From positions 138,924 to 202,923 of IMG/VR virus record IMGVR_UViG_3300036772_000425: a stretch of 64,000 nucleotides of DNA. One strand, given 5' to 3'. The stretch comes from a virus. Within the stretch, counting starts at the first letter, position 1. Each line of letters starts with the position of its first letter. Shown here piece after piece: positions 1-8,121 of this stretch. The position numbers and the translations under genes were made by a program. The notes beneath the pieces are model-generated. The model was given only the letters and a program-made list of their open reading frames with translations. It was not told the origin of the DNA and ran no database searches.

Positions 1-55
1 TGTTGTAAGCCCTACGTTCTGCCGGTTTCACCATCGCTCGCGGAACGCGGGCCGA

Positions 56-250
56 TCAGCTGCACGTCCGCGGGTCGAAGCCCAGGACGAGCGCGTCCCG
101 GTACCGTGCCAGGGTCCACCCGTGGGCCTCGACCAGTGCCTGTGCCAGGTCGATGCGTTCATCGATCTCCGTCTCGGTGGTGGGCCTGGGCTCGCTCAGC
201 AGGAGCGTCTCGACCTGCGACACCAGGACGGTGAACGGGATGACGATCAT
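56..250 (-). CDS. hypothetical small protein (64 aa)
   Basis: ORF track; starts 3 nt after stop of upstream minus gene; mixed composition. Confidence 0.4.
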   Translation of the reverse strand: MIVIPFTVLVSQVETLLLSEPRPTTETEIDERIDLAQALVEAHGWTLARYRDALVLGFDPRTCS

Positions 251-253
251 GGT

Positions 254-613
254 TCAGTACCCTCCGAACAGCATGCAGCTGATGTCGTGGGCCTCGTCGG
301 TGACATCGTGCGAGGAGATCGCGGACCACTCGAAGTCCGCCTCCTCAGCGGTACGACATGCGCTCTCGAAGTGCCCACCCACGCGGGCCTCGGTGAGCGG
401 GACGCGGAAGAAGCGCCCGCCGTCCATGTCGTACACCAGGACGGTCCCATCATGGCGCGGGTAGCTGACGATGACGCAGGCCTGCCCCTCGCACGAGAGG
501 ATGACGTTGCAGTGTTCCTGCGCGAAGGCGCGGCGCGCGCCCTCCGTCACCCTCTCGAACCAGTGGGTGTCCTTGCGCCAGTCCTGCGGGGCCGAGAATT
601 CGTTGGTTTCCAT
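254..613 (-). CDS. hypothetical protein (119 aa)
   Basis: ORF track; conserved promoter motif ends 6 nt upstream of ATG. Confidence 0.55.
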   Translation of the reverse strand: METNEFSAPQDWRKDTHWFERVTEGARRAFAQEHCNVILSCEGQACVIVSYPRHDGTVLVYDMDGGRFFRVPLTEARVGGHFESACRTAEEADFEWSAISSHDVTDEAHDISCMLFGGY

Positions 614-619
614 GGTTCC

Positions 620-649
620 AGTCTACCACGAACGCCCGGTTGATTTCAC
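620..649 (-). promoter_or_regulatory. phage promoter GTGAAAT-N17-TAGACT (leaderless)
   Basis: minus-strand reading GTGAAAT..17 nt..TAGACT then GGAACC ATG; same architecture repeated upstream of 8+ genes. Confidence 0.5.
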
Positions 650-655
650 CCCCGA

Positions 656-934
656 TCAGAAGCGCCCGAAGAACAGGTACTCCGGACCGCCCATGTTGAT
701 GCAACCGCACGGACCCTGCGGGTCGCTGCAGCGCCGGTCGAGCTGCTCCAGGAGTCCCTGGGCGAGCTGGACGCCGTCGACCGAGGGCTCACGGAGGATC
801 ATGGTGAAGCGTTCCTTGGAGCCCAGGTCCACGTGGCCCAGGTTCTCCCGGACCCGCTGCCGGGCCACCTCGAAGGCCGCGTGGGAGTTCCTGCCGGTGC
901 CACGGGTGAAGAAGCTGACGGGCTGTTTCTGCAC
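656..934 (-). CDS. hypothetical protein (about 92 aa), GTG start
   Basis: Frame of ORF 656..1141 has about 90% G/C at codon position 3. Its 5' part overlaps the upstream gene and is low-complexity, so the start was moved to a GTG preceded by GGAAGGAA (SD-like). The motif-associated ATG at 966 lies in a frame with A-rich third positions and was rejected. Confidence 0.45.
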   Translation of the reverse strand: MQKQPVSFFTRGTGRNSHAAFEVARQRVRENLGHVDLGSKERFTMILREPSVDGVQLAQGLLEQLDRRCSDPQGPCGCINMGGPEYLFFGRF

Positions 935-966
935 GGTGCGTTCCTTCCTGTTCGGGTTCGTGTCAT

Positions 967-996
967 GTCGTACCACACGCCATCCGCCCGTTTCAC
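967..996 (-). promoter_or_regulatory. phage promoter GTGAAAC-N17-TACGAC
   Basis: same motif/spacing; here followed by about 30-nt leader with SD. Confidence 0.4.
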
Positions 997-1439
997 CCCC
1001 GGAGGCGGGTCCGGTTGCCGTTCTCGTCCTGGTACTCGGTGGCGACCGCACCGAGCCCGCCCATCGGCACGCAGTGGTTCGGGTCCGCGTGGGCCACCAG
1101 CTTGGTCCTCGGCTCGCCCTCCTCCCTCGCGGCATGCACACGGCACGCGTACTTGCCGGGGGTCGACGGTCGGTTGCAGTCCTTGTGAGGGCATCCGAAC
1201 CGGCCGGTGGGCTTGGTCACGATGGCGATGGTCTGGTGTTTCAGGGCCTGCATCCGGCGCTCTTGGAGCTCTGGGTAGTCGGAACCCAGCATCACGTCCG
1301 CGTCGGAGACGGTGTGTTCCGTGAAGCCCTGGCTGTCCAGGAAGCGTTGCAACGCGATGGCCAGCGTCGTCTTCCCGGCGCCGGCTGCACCCGTGATGGT
1401 GATGGTGATCGCAGGGGCAGGTGACTTGGTAGATTCCAT
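993..1439 (-). CDS. P-loop NTPase, nucleotide-kinase-like (148 aa)
   Basis: Walker A ITITGAAGAGKTT resembles thymidylate/dNMP kinase P-loop; promoter motif and TAGGATAGGACCC directly before ATG. Confidence 0.6.
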   Translation of the reverse strand: MESTKSPAPAITITITGAAGAGKTTLAIALQRFLDSQGFTEHTVSDADVMLGSDYPELQERRMQALKHQTIAIVTKPTGRFGCPHKDCNRPSTPGKYACRVHAAREEGEPRTKLVAHADPNHCVPMGGLGAVATEYQDENGNRTRLRG

Positions 1440-1446
1440 GGGTCCT

Positions 1447-1476
1447 ATCCTAGGCCTGTTCGCCGTTGAGTTTCAC
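1447..1476 (-). promoter_or_regulatory. phage promoter GTGAAAC-N17-TAGGAT (leaderless)
   Basis: motif; 7 nt between -10 and ATG. Confidence 0.5.
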
Positions 1477-1737
1477 CAAGTAGGGCTCCAGGTCACGCCA
1501 GTAGCCCATCTTTTTCGTCTTTGCGTCGGTCCAATAGTCAGAGCTCGACCCCGTCGTGCATACGATCGATCGCATCGATCGAGGGTTAACGTAGACGTAT
1601 GAACGAACGAAACCGATGCCCTCTTGGGTGACAGCATCGAAACCGTTCCGCAGCATGATCGGGTAATGCCACTGGGTTTCGACCGGGTGCACCTTCTTGT
1701 CAGCTGCTTCGAAGGAGAGACGCTCTTCGTTGTTCAT
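1450..1737 (-). CDS. hypothetical protein (95 aa; start moved to internal Met MNNEERL)
   Basis: N-terminal 72 aa of track ORF are low-complexity and overlap upstream gene; promoter GTGAAGG-N17-TACAAC-AGGATC-ATG pinpoints internal ATG. Confidence 0.5.
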   Translation of the reverse strand: MNNEERLSFEAADKKVHPVETQWHYPIMLRNGFDAVTQEGIGFVRSYVYVNPRSMRSIVCTTGSSSDYWTDAKTKKMGYWRDLEPYLVKLNGEQA

Positions 1738-1743
1738 GATCCT

Positions 1744-1773
1744 GTTGTACCTCAGATCGTGTTCTGCCTTCAC
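1744..1773 (-). promoter_or_regulatory. phage promoter GTGAAGG-N17-TACAAC (leaderless)
   Basis: motif and spacing. Confidence 0.5.
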
Positions 1774-1798
1774 TCGCTGCTCGCGGAACGCGTGCGGA

Positions 1799-2029
1799 TC
1801 ACTCCGACACGCCCGGGATGCCGTTCCGGCCCAACGCGACGAGCCCCCACTCGTTGACCTCCCGGGTGATCCGTTCCTGGAGCTTGGTAAGATCCTCCAC
1901 GGTGCCGGTGCTCGACCGCACGTTAGGGAGCACGATGCAGTACCGGATGTCACCGTTCTCCAGGTAGCAGAACGACACGTCGAACTTGTGGCCGGCGAGC
2001 TTGTGCTTGGTGGTGGACTTCATGGCCAT
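1799..2029 (-). CDS. hypothetical protein (76 aa)
   Basis: ORF track; -10 element TAGATC abuts the ATG (true leaderless; second in-frame ATG at +6 may be the start). Confidence 0.5.
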   Translation of the reverse strand: MAMKSTTKHKLAGHKFDVSFCYLENGDIRYCIVLPNVRSSTGTVEDLTKLQERITREVNEWGLVALGRNGIPGVSE

Positions 2030-2059
2030 GATCTACCTCATTCGTCAGGGTGGGTTCAC
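2030..2059 (-). promoter_or_regulatory. phage promoter GTGAACC-N17-TAGATC (leaderless)
   Basis: motif and spacing. Confidence 0.5.
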
Positions 2060-2355
2060 CGGCGGATTCGGATGTAGGCCACGTAGATGCGTTCCCCGGG
2101 TCCGAGGAGCTCCAACGGGACGTACAGGATCCGACGGTCACCGTCGTCCGCGATGCGGGAACGCGTGTCCGCCTGCAGGGCGTTCAGGATCTGGCGCCGC
2201 ATGTGGTGCTTGAAGTGGTACCGTCCCCTGCAACGGCAGGATTCATGGTACATGCTGGAGCACCGGCGGGCGACGGCACCGGCACGGTCGGTGTAGACGT
2301 AGTCCACATCGCTGACCTGGTAGCGCTCCGGGTCGGTTGAGCTGGGGCTGCACAT
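2056..2355 (-). CDS. hypothetical protein (99 aa)
   Basis: ORF track; promoter motif 6 nt upstream. Confidence 0.5.
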   Translation of the reverse strand: MCSPSSTDPERYQVSDVDYVYTDRAGAVARRCSSMYHESCRCRGRYHFKHHMRRQILNALQADTRSRIADDGDRRILYVPLELLGPGERIYVAYIRIRR

Positions 2356-2361
2356 GCCCCC

Positions 2362-2391
2362 AGTTTACCACCGTCGCGATCCTGGTTTCAC
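2362..2391 (-). promoter_or_regulatory. phage promoter GTGAAAC-N17-TAAACT (leaderless)
   Basis: motif and spacing. Confidence 0.5.
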
Positions 2392-2454
2392 TCCCGAAAT
2401 GACGAAGGGTGCCGTTGGGCACCCTTCTCGGTCGATGATGCGGTGTCTCCCTCT

Positions 2455-2703
2455 CTACCAGAACTTGGAGACGAAGTGGACGATGACGCAGACGATGGCC
2501 ACCGAGGCGGCGAGGCTCAGCAGGGCCCAGACCGCCCATGCTGCGATGAAACCTTTGGCAAGCGACATGTTGCTCCTCTGCATCTCGTCCATCTGCTGGC
2601 GATGCTGGGTGAAATGATCGTTGAAGATTGGGTGCAGGGGCCCTGGCCCACCGGTGCGACCGTGCATGTTGGGATGGTATGCCATGATGGCCCCGGTGTT
2701 CAC
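2455..2703 (-). CDS. small membrane protein (82 aa, C-terminal TM helix)
   Basis: GTGA overlap with upstream gene stop; hydrophobic C-terminus AAWAVWALLSLAASVAIVCVIV. Confidence 0.45.
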   Translation of the reverse strand: MNTGAIMAYHPNMHGRTGGPGPLHPIFNDHFTQHRQQMDEMQRSNMSLAKGFIAAWAVWALLSLAASVAIVCVIVHFVSKFW

Positions 2704-3236
2704 CGGTCCATCGACTTCATGGCACGCTTGATGAGGGCGACGTCCTTCCGCATGTCACGCATGGTGTACGTGGTGGCGTAGAACTGCTTCAGCACCGTCT
2801 CCGGGACCTCCATGAGGTGCTCCTGGACGTGCGAGAAGTGGTGAGGGCGCTCGGTGCGGTACCTCATGGCATCGTCGAGGGTCATCCCACCGAGGTACTC
2901 CGCCGCCCGGAAGTAGCTGGGCGCCCAGGTGAGGGTGTTGTTGGTCATCTTCGCCGCGGCACGGGCGATCCGGCCGTCGGCAAGCATCCTGTCACCGATG
3001 ATCGGGTAGAGGGAGGCGATGTTGTAGCCCGTCTTCTTCGGGCGCTGCCAGCTGGACTCCACCCGCGGTTCACCGCCGGGGTCGAGCTGGACGTCCAGCC
3101 CGCACCAGAACTTCCAGTGTTCATGGGGTGCGCTGTTCTCCCACATCCCGTCCGAGAACTGCCCCTGCAGCTCATGGTCGAAGATCGCGACGGCGGGCAG
3201 GGTGGGCAGGAAGATGGTGCCGGTGTGGTTGCTCAT
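2700..3236 (-). CDS. hypothetical protein (178 aa)
   Basis: ORF track; promoter motif directly upstream. Confidence 0.55.
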   Translation of the reverse strand: MSNHTGTIFLPTLPAVAIFDHELQGQFSDGMWENSAPHEHWKFWCGLDVQLDPGGEPRVESSWQRPKKTGYNIASLYPIIGDRMLADGRIARAAAKMTNNTLTWAPSYFRAAEYLGGMTLDDAMRYRTERPHHFSHVQEHLMEVPETVLKQFYATTYTMRDMRKDVALIKRAMKSMDR

Positions 3237-3242
3237 GGTCCT

Positions 3243-3272
3243 AGTCTACCCCCGTCGCGGATCAGGTTTCAC
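3243..3272 (-). promoter_or_regulatory. phage promoter GTGAAAC-N17-TAGACT (leaderless)
   Basis: motif and spacing. Confidence 0.5.
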
Positions 3273-3279
3273 CGTGTTG

Positions 3280-3570
3280 TCAGACGCGTTGCTCGGGCCA
3301 CACGATGGGTTCCCCCAGGTCGTTCTGGATGCGCTGCAGGGCGCCCAGCAGGTAGCAGTGGACATCGTGCCCCACCGCGCTCTGCTCGCCGTACGCCTCC
3401 AGGGCGTGACGAAGGGCCAGCAGCTCGCCCTTGGTCAGCGCCATGTGCACGGTGAACGGGTAGGTGTCGGATGACCGCTTCCCGTTGACGAAGATGGGCT
3501 TGGCGGGAGGCCCAGCGACGATGGTGTGCTCGCGCAGCAGCTCTTCGGTGTCATTCTTCGTGATCTTCAT
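3280..3570 (-). CDS. hypothetical protein (about 96 aa; start at internal Met MKITKND)
   Basis: internal ATG preceded by GGAAGGGAA SD; upstream variant promoter. Confidence 0.5.
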   Translation of the reverse strand: MKITKNDTEELLREHTIVAGPPAKPIFVNGKRSSDTYPFTVHMALTKGELLALRHALEAYGEQSAVGHDVHCYLLGALQRIQNDLGEPIVWPEQRV

Positions 3571-3595
3571 GGTGCCGTTCCCTTCCGCAGGTGGT

Positions 3596-3627
3596 AGGAT
3601 ACCACCTTCCTGGGTCAAAAGGTTCAC
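3596..3627 (-). promoter_or_regulatory. variant promoter GTGAACC-N19-TATCCT
   Basis: same -35-like element, longer spacer, followed by SD-containing leader. Confidence 0.3.
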
Positions 3628-4244
3628 GTGGGGGCTTGGGTGGGCTTCCAGGGCCAACCCAGGTCCATGGACTCAGCCTTGGTGTGCCTGTCCCAGAGGA
3701 GCCAGGACCCGTCGTCCTGGCGAGCGTAGAGCTCGCCGTCGACCAACCGGAACTCAGTCCGGCAGTCCTCCGCGAGAAGCTCCAAATACTTCATGTACGC
3801 GGACTCCGACACCTTCCTCACCTCGTTCAGGTGCAGGGTGCCCAACGCTCGGGTCCGGACCCTCGGGCACGCTCCGCAGCATCCCGGGTTGGCCAGGCCC
3901 TTCCGGACATGGATGCACCCGTCCAGGAAGGCGCGCAGCACGTTGAGGTGTGGGACCGATCGACCGCCGATGCTCCAGCGGAAGCTGGGCAGGGCCCGAA
4001 ACTTCCGGACGCTGGGCATCGCACGGTCGTACAGCCTGGTGCTCTTGCACTCGTAGATGCTGAAGCGCTCGCCGGTGTGGGTGTCCTTCACCTCCCAGTG
4101 GGTGGAGACCTTGTTGTCGGACGTCGGCGGCAGGGACGGGCCGAAGGCCGAGCGCAGCTCGGCGTAGCTCGCGTCGAAGTCGCACACGTGGCCGCCCGTG
4201 CGGGGCCTGTCGCTGTCACCGCGGATGAACCTTGCCATGATCAT
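3624..4244 (-). CDS. hypothetical Cys-rich protein (206 aa), possible nuclease/zinc-binding
   Basis: ORF track; CCGAC and scattered Cys/His; promoter motif immediately upstream. Confidence 0.55.
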   Translation of the reverse strand: MIMARFIRGDSDRPRTGGHVCDFDASYAELRSAFGPSLPPTSDNKVSTHWEVKDTHTGERFSIYECKSTRLYDRAMPSVRKFRALPSFRWSIGGRSVPHLNVLRAFLDGCIHVRKGLANPGCCGACPRVRTRALGTLHLNEVRKVSESAYMKYLELLAEDCRTEFRLVDGELYARQDDGSWLLWDRHTKAESMDLGWPWKPTQAPT

Positions 4245-4250
4245 GGTACC

Positions 4251-4280
4251 AGTCTACCTCCGGCGTCGGATCCGTTTCAC
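4251..4280 (-). promoter_or_regulatory. phage promoter GTGAAAC-N17-TAGACT (leaderless)
   Basis: motif; abuts 3' end of tRNA. Confidence 0.5.
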
Positions 4281-4281
4281 G

Positions 4282-4356
4282 GTGGGCACGCTCGGGTTCG
4301 AACCGAGACACTCCCGCTTATGAGGCGGGTGCTCTGACCGGTTGAGCTACGGGCCC
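4282..4356 (-). tRNA. tRNA-Met: tRNA-Met (anticodon CAU; could be Ile2 if lysidinylated)
   Basis: minus-strand cloverleaf GGGCCCG-TA-GCTC-AACCGGTCA-GAGC-A-CCCGC-CTCATAA-GCGGG-AGTGT-CTCGG-TTCGAAC-CCGAG-CGTGCCC-A-CC; T-loop TTCGAAC; one C5-U68 acceptor mismatch. Confidence 0.75.
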
Positions 4357-4372
4357 AGAAATGCGGACCGGG

Positions 4373-4396
4373 CGGGAGGGACGAATCCCCCTCCCG
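4373..4396 (-). terminator. candidate hairpin terminator downstream of 4426..5166 gene
   Basis: inverted repeat CGGGAGGG-acgaatcc-CCCTCCCG; T-poor tail so weak. Confidence 0.3.
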
Positions 4397-4425
4397 GCCC
4401 GTTCTTCACACCACCACGGTGCCCG

Positions 4426-5166
4426 TCAGCCCGCGGCCGCGATCGGTTCGACCTCCTCTGCAGGGGCGGCATCGACCGGTTCCGCGGCCGGAGCAGCATC
4501 GCTCATCTCGAGGACGGGCGGGAGCTCGGCCTCCGCGGCGACCGCTTCCACGTCGCTGCAGTAGAAGTAGAAGCCGTCGCCCCCGCCCGGGACCGGGCGG
4601 TTCTTCTCGCCGGGCACGTTGACGTAGCACCGGATCCGGCTCACCTTGACGACGGTGCCCGTCGCACCCAGGATGTGCGGGTAGTCGCCGCCGCGCACCT
4701 TCACCGTCTGGCCCACCACGAGCTCGCCGCCGGCGTCCAGGGCAAGCTTCGTCGACTGTGCCCGGCAGAAGTGGATGACGTGGTCCGCGAAGTTGGCCAG
4801 GTCCGGGCCCTCCAGGTTCGTCGTCGCCTCGTTGAAGAGCAGCTGTGCCCGGTCCGACATGGGCCGCAGCTTCGCCGCAGCAGCCTCCACCTTCTTCATG
4901 TGGGCAGGCGCTGCCGCCGCCGCACGGGCCTCGGCCGCGTCCTTGCGCTCCTGCTCCTTGGCCGCCTTGCGCTCGTTGCGCTCCTGCTCGATCTTTTCCT
5001 TCGCCGCGGCGCGCTCGGCCTCGGTGAGGCGGGGCTTCGCAGGCTCGGTCGACGCAGCGGAGGCGCCGGCGGTGCCCGCCTTCTTCGCGGCCGCACGCTC
5101 CTTTGCGGCGTTGATGGCCTTGTCGATGTCGGCGGTCGAGGCGGTGACGTTCTTCGTGTCGCTCAT
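4426..5166 (-). CDS. Lys/Ala/Glu-rich (H1-like) protein with C-terminal KOW/Tudor-like barrel (247 aa)
   Basis: start at internal Met MSDTKNV preceded by AAGAAGGA SD; AAKKA/KEKIEQER low-complexity coiled region; C-term GQTVKVRGG...GATGTVVKV. Confidence 0.55.
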   Translation of the reverse strand: MSDTKNVTASTADIDKAINAAKERAAAKKAGTAGASAASTEPAKPRLTEAERAAAKEKIEQERNERKAAKEQERKDAAEARAAAAAPAHMKKVEAAAAKLRPMSDRAQLLFNEATTNLEGPDLANFADHVIHFCRAQSTKLALDAGGELVVGQTVKVRGGDYPHILGATGTVVKVSRIRCYVNVPGEKNRPVPGGGDGFYFYCSDVEAVAAEAELPPVLEMSDAAPAAEPVDAAPAEEVEPIAAAG

Positions 5167-5399
5167 GGTGATTTCGTCCTTCTTTGCCGGCCGGTCCATC
5201 GGCCGTGCTTGATGGGTCCAATCTAACATGGGGGCAGGCATGACTACACAGTCGTGCATGGAAAACCTTCAACGCTGAAGGGCCTCGGGCGATCGACGCG
5301 CGATGTAAGGATCGCGTCTGCACCCTCGCGAGGGGGAACGTCGTCGCATCTGTCGGTCTGGCGCCGATCGGCAGAAGTTCCATGCTGCCTGCTTCTACG

Positions 5400-5428
5400 G
5401 TGAAGCGCAGGTCCAGCTGTGGTAGAAC
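5400..5428 (+). promoter_or_regulatory. candidate promoter GTGAAGC-N16-TAGAAC for plus-strand module
   Basis: motif resembling minus-strand family, about 65 nt upstream of 5495 start with SD GAAAGAAGAG. Confidence 0.3.
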
Positions 5429-5494
5429 TGGACTCAAGGAAACTGACCGGCAAGCAAGCCGGCCAAGTTATCCACCCTGAAAGAAGAGTACACC

Positions 5495-5788
5495 ATGTCG
5501 ATGCGTACCAAGTCCGCTCCCCGCCGCATCTACGTCCGTGCCTCCAAGTCCCTCGTCTGCTTCGGCGGCCTGTACTTCGGCCCCTCCGAGAAGAACGGCA
5601 GCGAGCTCGACGTCGCCACCGAGGTCACCATCGAGACGCTCGCACCCGTCGGCGGTCGCAAGCGGATCAAGGTCACCCAGGTCATCGGCGACAAACGCTC
5701 CTCGGAGAACTGGGTCGAGAAGCACCTCAACTTCGCCACCCGCAAGGCGGCGACCGAGTCGGACGCGGAGCAGGAAGCCGCGCAGTAA
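5495..5788 (+). CDS. hypothetical protein (97 aa)
   Basis: ORF track; SD-like GAAAGAAGAG upstream. Confidence 0.5.
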   Translation: MSMRTKSAPRRIYVRASKSLVCFGGLYFGPSEKNGSELDVATEVTIETLAPVGGRKRIKVTQVIGDKRSSENWVEKHLNFATRKAATESDAEQEAAQ

Positions 5789-5869
5789 TCACCGGTACGC
5801 ACCGAGCGCCTTTGGGCCTGGCAGGGAACCTCCTTGCTGGGCCTGAGGCCGTGGAAGGGGCAGGCGACA

Positions 5870-6088
5870 ATGCGACCCTACGGGCTCCGGATCATCGAGC
5901 ACCCCGACGTGGCGGACCTCCAGGAGATGGGGGCGAAGACCAGTGCCGGCGGGCGCAACTACCTCCGTTCGTCGGCCCAGAAGCGGGTGACCAGGCGGCG
6001 CTGGAAGCGCCTGGCGCGAGGGCAAGGGAAGGCAGAGACGGCCGAACAGGCCGAGGAAGGTACGTATGAGGCGGTTCAAGAACCCTGA
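5870..6088 (+). CDS. hypothetical basic protein (72 aa)
   Basis: internal Met of ORF 5834..6088; Arg/Lys-rich. Confidence 0.35.
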   Translation: MRPYGLRIIEHPDVADLQEMGAKTSAGGRNYLRSSAQKRVTRRRWKRLARGQGKAETAEQAEEGTYEAVQEP

Positions 6089-6190
6089 GACGAAGCGCTG
6101 GCGTGGCCGCAGCTACAAGCGAGGCGGGCAGCGCGTTCGCATGCTCCGTGACAGCTGCACCAGGGCGACCGACGCCCGGCAGGTGGACCG

Positions 6191-6382
6191 ATGAGGGCCG
6201 GCGGGTGCCTGGGGGTGCTCGCCGCGGTGCAGTTCCTGCTGCTGCTGGTCGCGGGACTCGCCGCGGTGGGTGGGCAGTCGATCGGGTGGGGCTGGATCCT
6301 GTCGCCCGTCCTGGTCCTGGGCGGCATCAGCGTGGCCTTCTGGGCGCTGTTCCTGACGGCCTGGGCGAAGTTCGGGAAGTGA
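6191..6382 (+). CDS. small membrane protein (63 aa, 2 TM)
   Basis: ATGA overlap with preceding short ORF; two hydrophobic helices. Confidence 0.45.
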   Translation: MRAGGCLGVLAAVQFLLLLVAGLAAVGGQSIGWGWILSPVLVLGGISVAFWALFLTAWAKFGK

Positions 6383-6556
6383 ACCACGGGCGGGGATCGT
6401 AAGGGTCCCCGCCCTTCTTCACGCGTTCTTCTCCACCCCTGGGCGCCCAGCTGCGCCGGCGGGGAACCACGCAGCCTGCGCGGTCGTCGGGATCAGAACG
6501 GCGTCGCAGCACGCGTGGCGGTGCAGGCACCGAAGCACCGGTGGTAGACTGGCAGC

Positions 6557-6748
6557 ATGCTGACTGACAAGGACAGGGTACGGTTGGAGTCGGAGATCGT
6601 GGACCTCAACGCCACCCGCATCTGGGTGCGCGGGCTGAAGGAGAAGAAGGAGCAGGAGAAGAGCTCGAGCCTGGCGGTCCGCCTGTATTACGCGGAGCGC
6701 GCCCTGGAGCTCGCCATCCGGGACCTGAACTGCGTCCTGAACGGGTGA
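6557..6748 (+). CDS. hypothetical protein (63 aa)
   Basis: ORF track. Confidence 0.4.
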   Translation: MLTDKDRVRLESEIVDLNATRIWVRGLKEKKEQEKSSSLAVRLYYAERALELAIRDLNCVLNG

Positions 6749-6808
6749 ACTGCACTGATCGATCCTGGTAGAACAGGATCACCAACCGGCAACCAGGAGG
6801 AACTTCCA

Positions 6809-7603
6809 ATGAGCGGGATGCAGCTGAACGTGTCACGTGGTTTCGCGACCGGCACCATGATCAACACCATCAACGTGCCCGAGGCCCTGCGCGTCAAGCA
6901 CAGCAGCGGGATCGGGTGGTTGGACGATGCGCTGGGCGGGGAGGGCGGCTTCACCCCGACCACCACCATGATGCTGACGGGCGGCCCGGGCGCCGGTAAG
7001 AGCACCCTGCTGCGCCAGATGGCCGACACCATGACGGAGAAGGGCCACCTGGTGCTGTACAACACCGGTGAGGAGAGCCTGTTCCAGGCCAAGATGTCCT
7101 GCGAGCGCCTGGCCCTGAAGAACGACTTCCCGGTGGGTGAGGAGACCATGCTGCCCCGCCTGCTGGAGTTCATGGACAAGGTGAAGGCCGACCCGAAGCT
7201 GCGGGGCCGCCAGCTGGTGCTGCTGCAGGACTCCCTGCAGACCCTGGACGACGGCAAGTACGTGGACTCCGTGGGGCGCAGCCGGGGCACCACCAGCAAG
7301 ACGCCCACCTACTGCGCGGAGATGCTGGTGGACTGGATGCAGAAGAACTTCGGCATCTGCGTCTTCATCGGCCAGTGCACCAAGGGCGGCGAGTTCGCAG
7401 GGCAGAACACCATCAAGCACGCCATCGACACCCATGCACACATGTATTATGATGAGAAAGAGAAATCGGACACCTACGGCAACCTCCTCTTCGAGGTGCA
7501 GAAGAACCGGTGGGGCTGCAACGGGAAGACCTTCATCCTCGGCCTCACGAAAACGGGTATCGAGGAACGTGGAAGCTTCAAGAAGGCGGGTGCGGTAGAG
7601 TAA
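6809..7603 (+). CDS. RecA-superfamily ATPase (RadA/Sms- or DnaB-C-terminal-like)
   Basis: GIGWLDDALGGEGGF...TGGPGAGKSTLLRQMA Walker A and RadA-like context; AGGAGG SD 8 nt upstream. Confidence 0.8.
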   Translation: MSGMQLNVSRGFATGTMINTINVPEALRVKHSSGIGWLDDALGGEGGFTPTTTMMLTGGPGAGKSTLLRQMADTMTEKGHLVLYNTGEESLFQAKMSCERLALKNDFPVGEETMLPRLLEFMDKVKADPKLRGRQLVLLQDSLQTLDDGKYVDSVGRSRGTTSKTPTYCAEMLVDWMQKNFGICVFIGQCTKGGEFAGQNTIKHAIDTHAHMYYDEKEKSDTYGNLLFEVQKNRWGCNGKTFILGLTKTGIEERGSFKKAGAVE

Positions 7604-7726
7604 AGAAGCAGCATTCCTCACGCGTTCCGGGCTCGCCCCCTTCGTTGGGTGCGGGCCTTGGGCCGTCGGAAGCGCCAAGATGCATCGGCTGGTGGTGCAC
7701 CATCTACAACTGAGGGCGGTGACAGC

Positions 7727-7915
7727 ATGGAGCTGAAGGGCATCAAGGGTGAGGAACTCACTGTCGTCATCACGCGTGACGAGCTGAGCATGCTGCGCTT
7801 CGCGGCGGCGATGTGGTCCAGCAAGACCTCGTCTGAGACCGCCGCCGAGCGCCTTGGGAAGCTCTATGACCAGATGTCGAGGATCCTGGAGGAAAAGGAC
7901 AATGTCAAGGATTGA
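7727..7915 (+). CDS. hypothetical protein (62 aa)
   Basis: internal Met with GAGGG SD. Confidence 0.4.
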   Translation: MELKGIKGEELTVVITRDELSMLRFAAAMWSSKTSSETAAERLGKLYDQMSRILEEKDNVKD

Positions 7916-8111
7916 CGTCAAGCAGTTCACCAACCTCGTCGTCCAGCGTAGCACCGGCAGCGCGATCGACGAGGTGCAGATCACCATGCCTGCCGAGACC
8001 GCACGCATCTTCCAGCGTCGGTTGTTCATCACGTTGGCATCAGCAAAACCCGAGGATCGGAACGAAGGCCTGGTCGAGGTCATGCAGGCCCTGGACGATG
8101 TGCTCGGATGA
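7902..8111 (+). CDS. hypothetical protein (69 aa)
   Basis: ATG overlapping previous stop. Confidence 0.4.
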   Translation: MSRIDVKQFTNLVVQRSTGSAIDEVQITMPAETARIFQRRLFITLASAKPEDRNEGLVEVMQALDDVLG

Positions 8112-8121
8112 GGAGGGAGCC

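Noticed and set aside
964-966. ATG directly downstream of the promoter motif at 967..996 as the start of that gene
   Set aside because: That ATG is in a frame (MTRTRTGRN...) with A-rich third positions and low-complexity product. The real frame (656..) shows about 90% GC3 and a GTG start with a GGAAGGAA SD about 30 nt further down.
122-5226. Long plus-strand ORFs across the minus-strand early module (122..643, 471..1424, 2817..3455, 3591..4337, 4342..5226 and the like)
   Set aside because: Products are Arg/Pro/Ala/Gly-rich and low complexity, typical of shadow ORFs in high-GC DNA. The opposite-strand genes have clear G/C third-position bias, promoters and sensible proteins.
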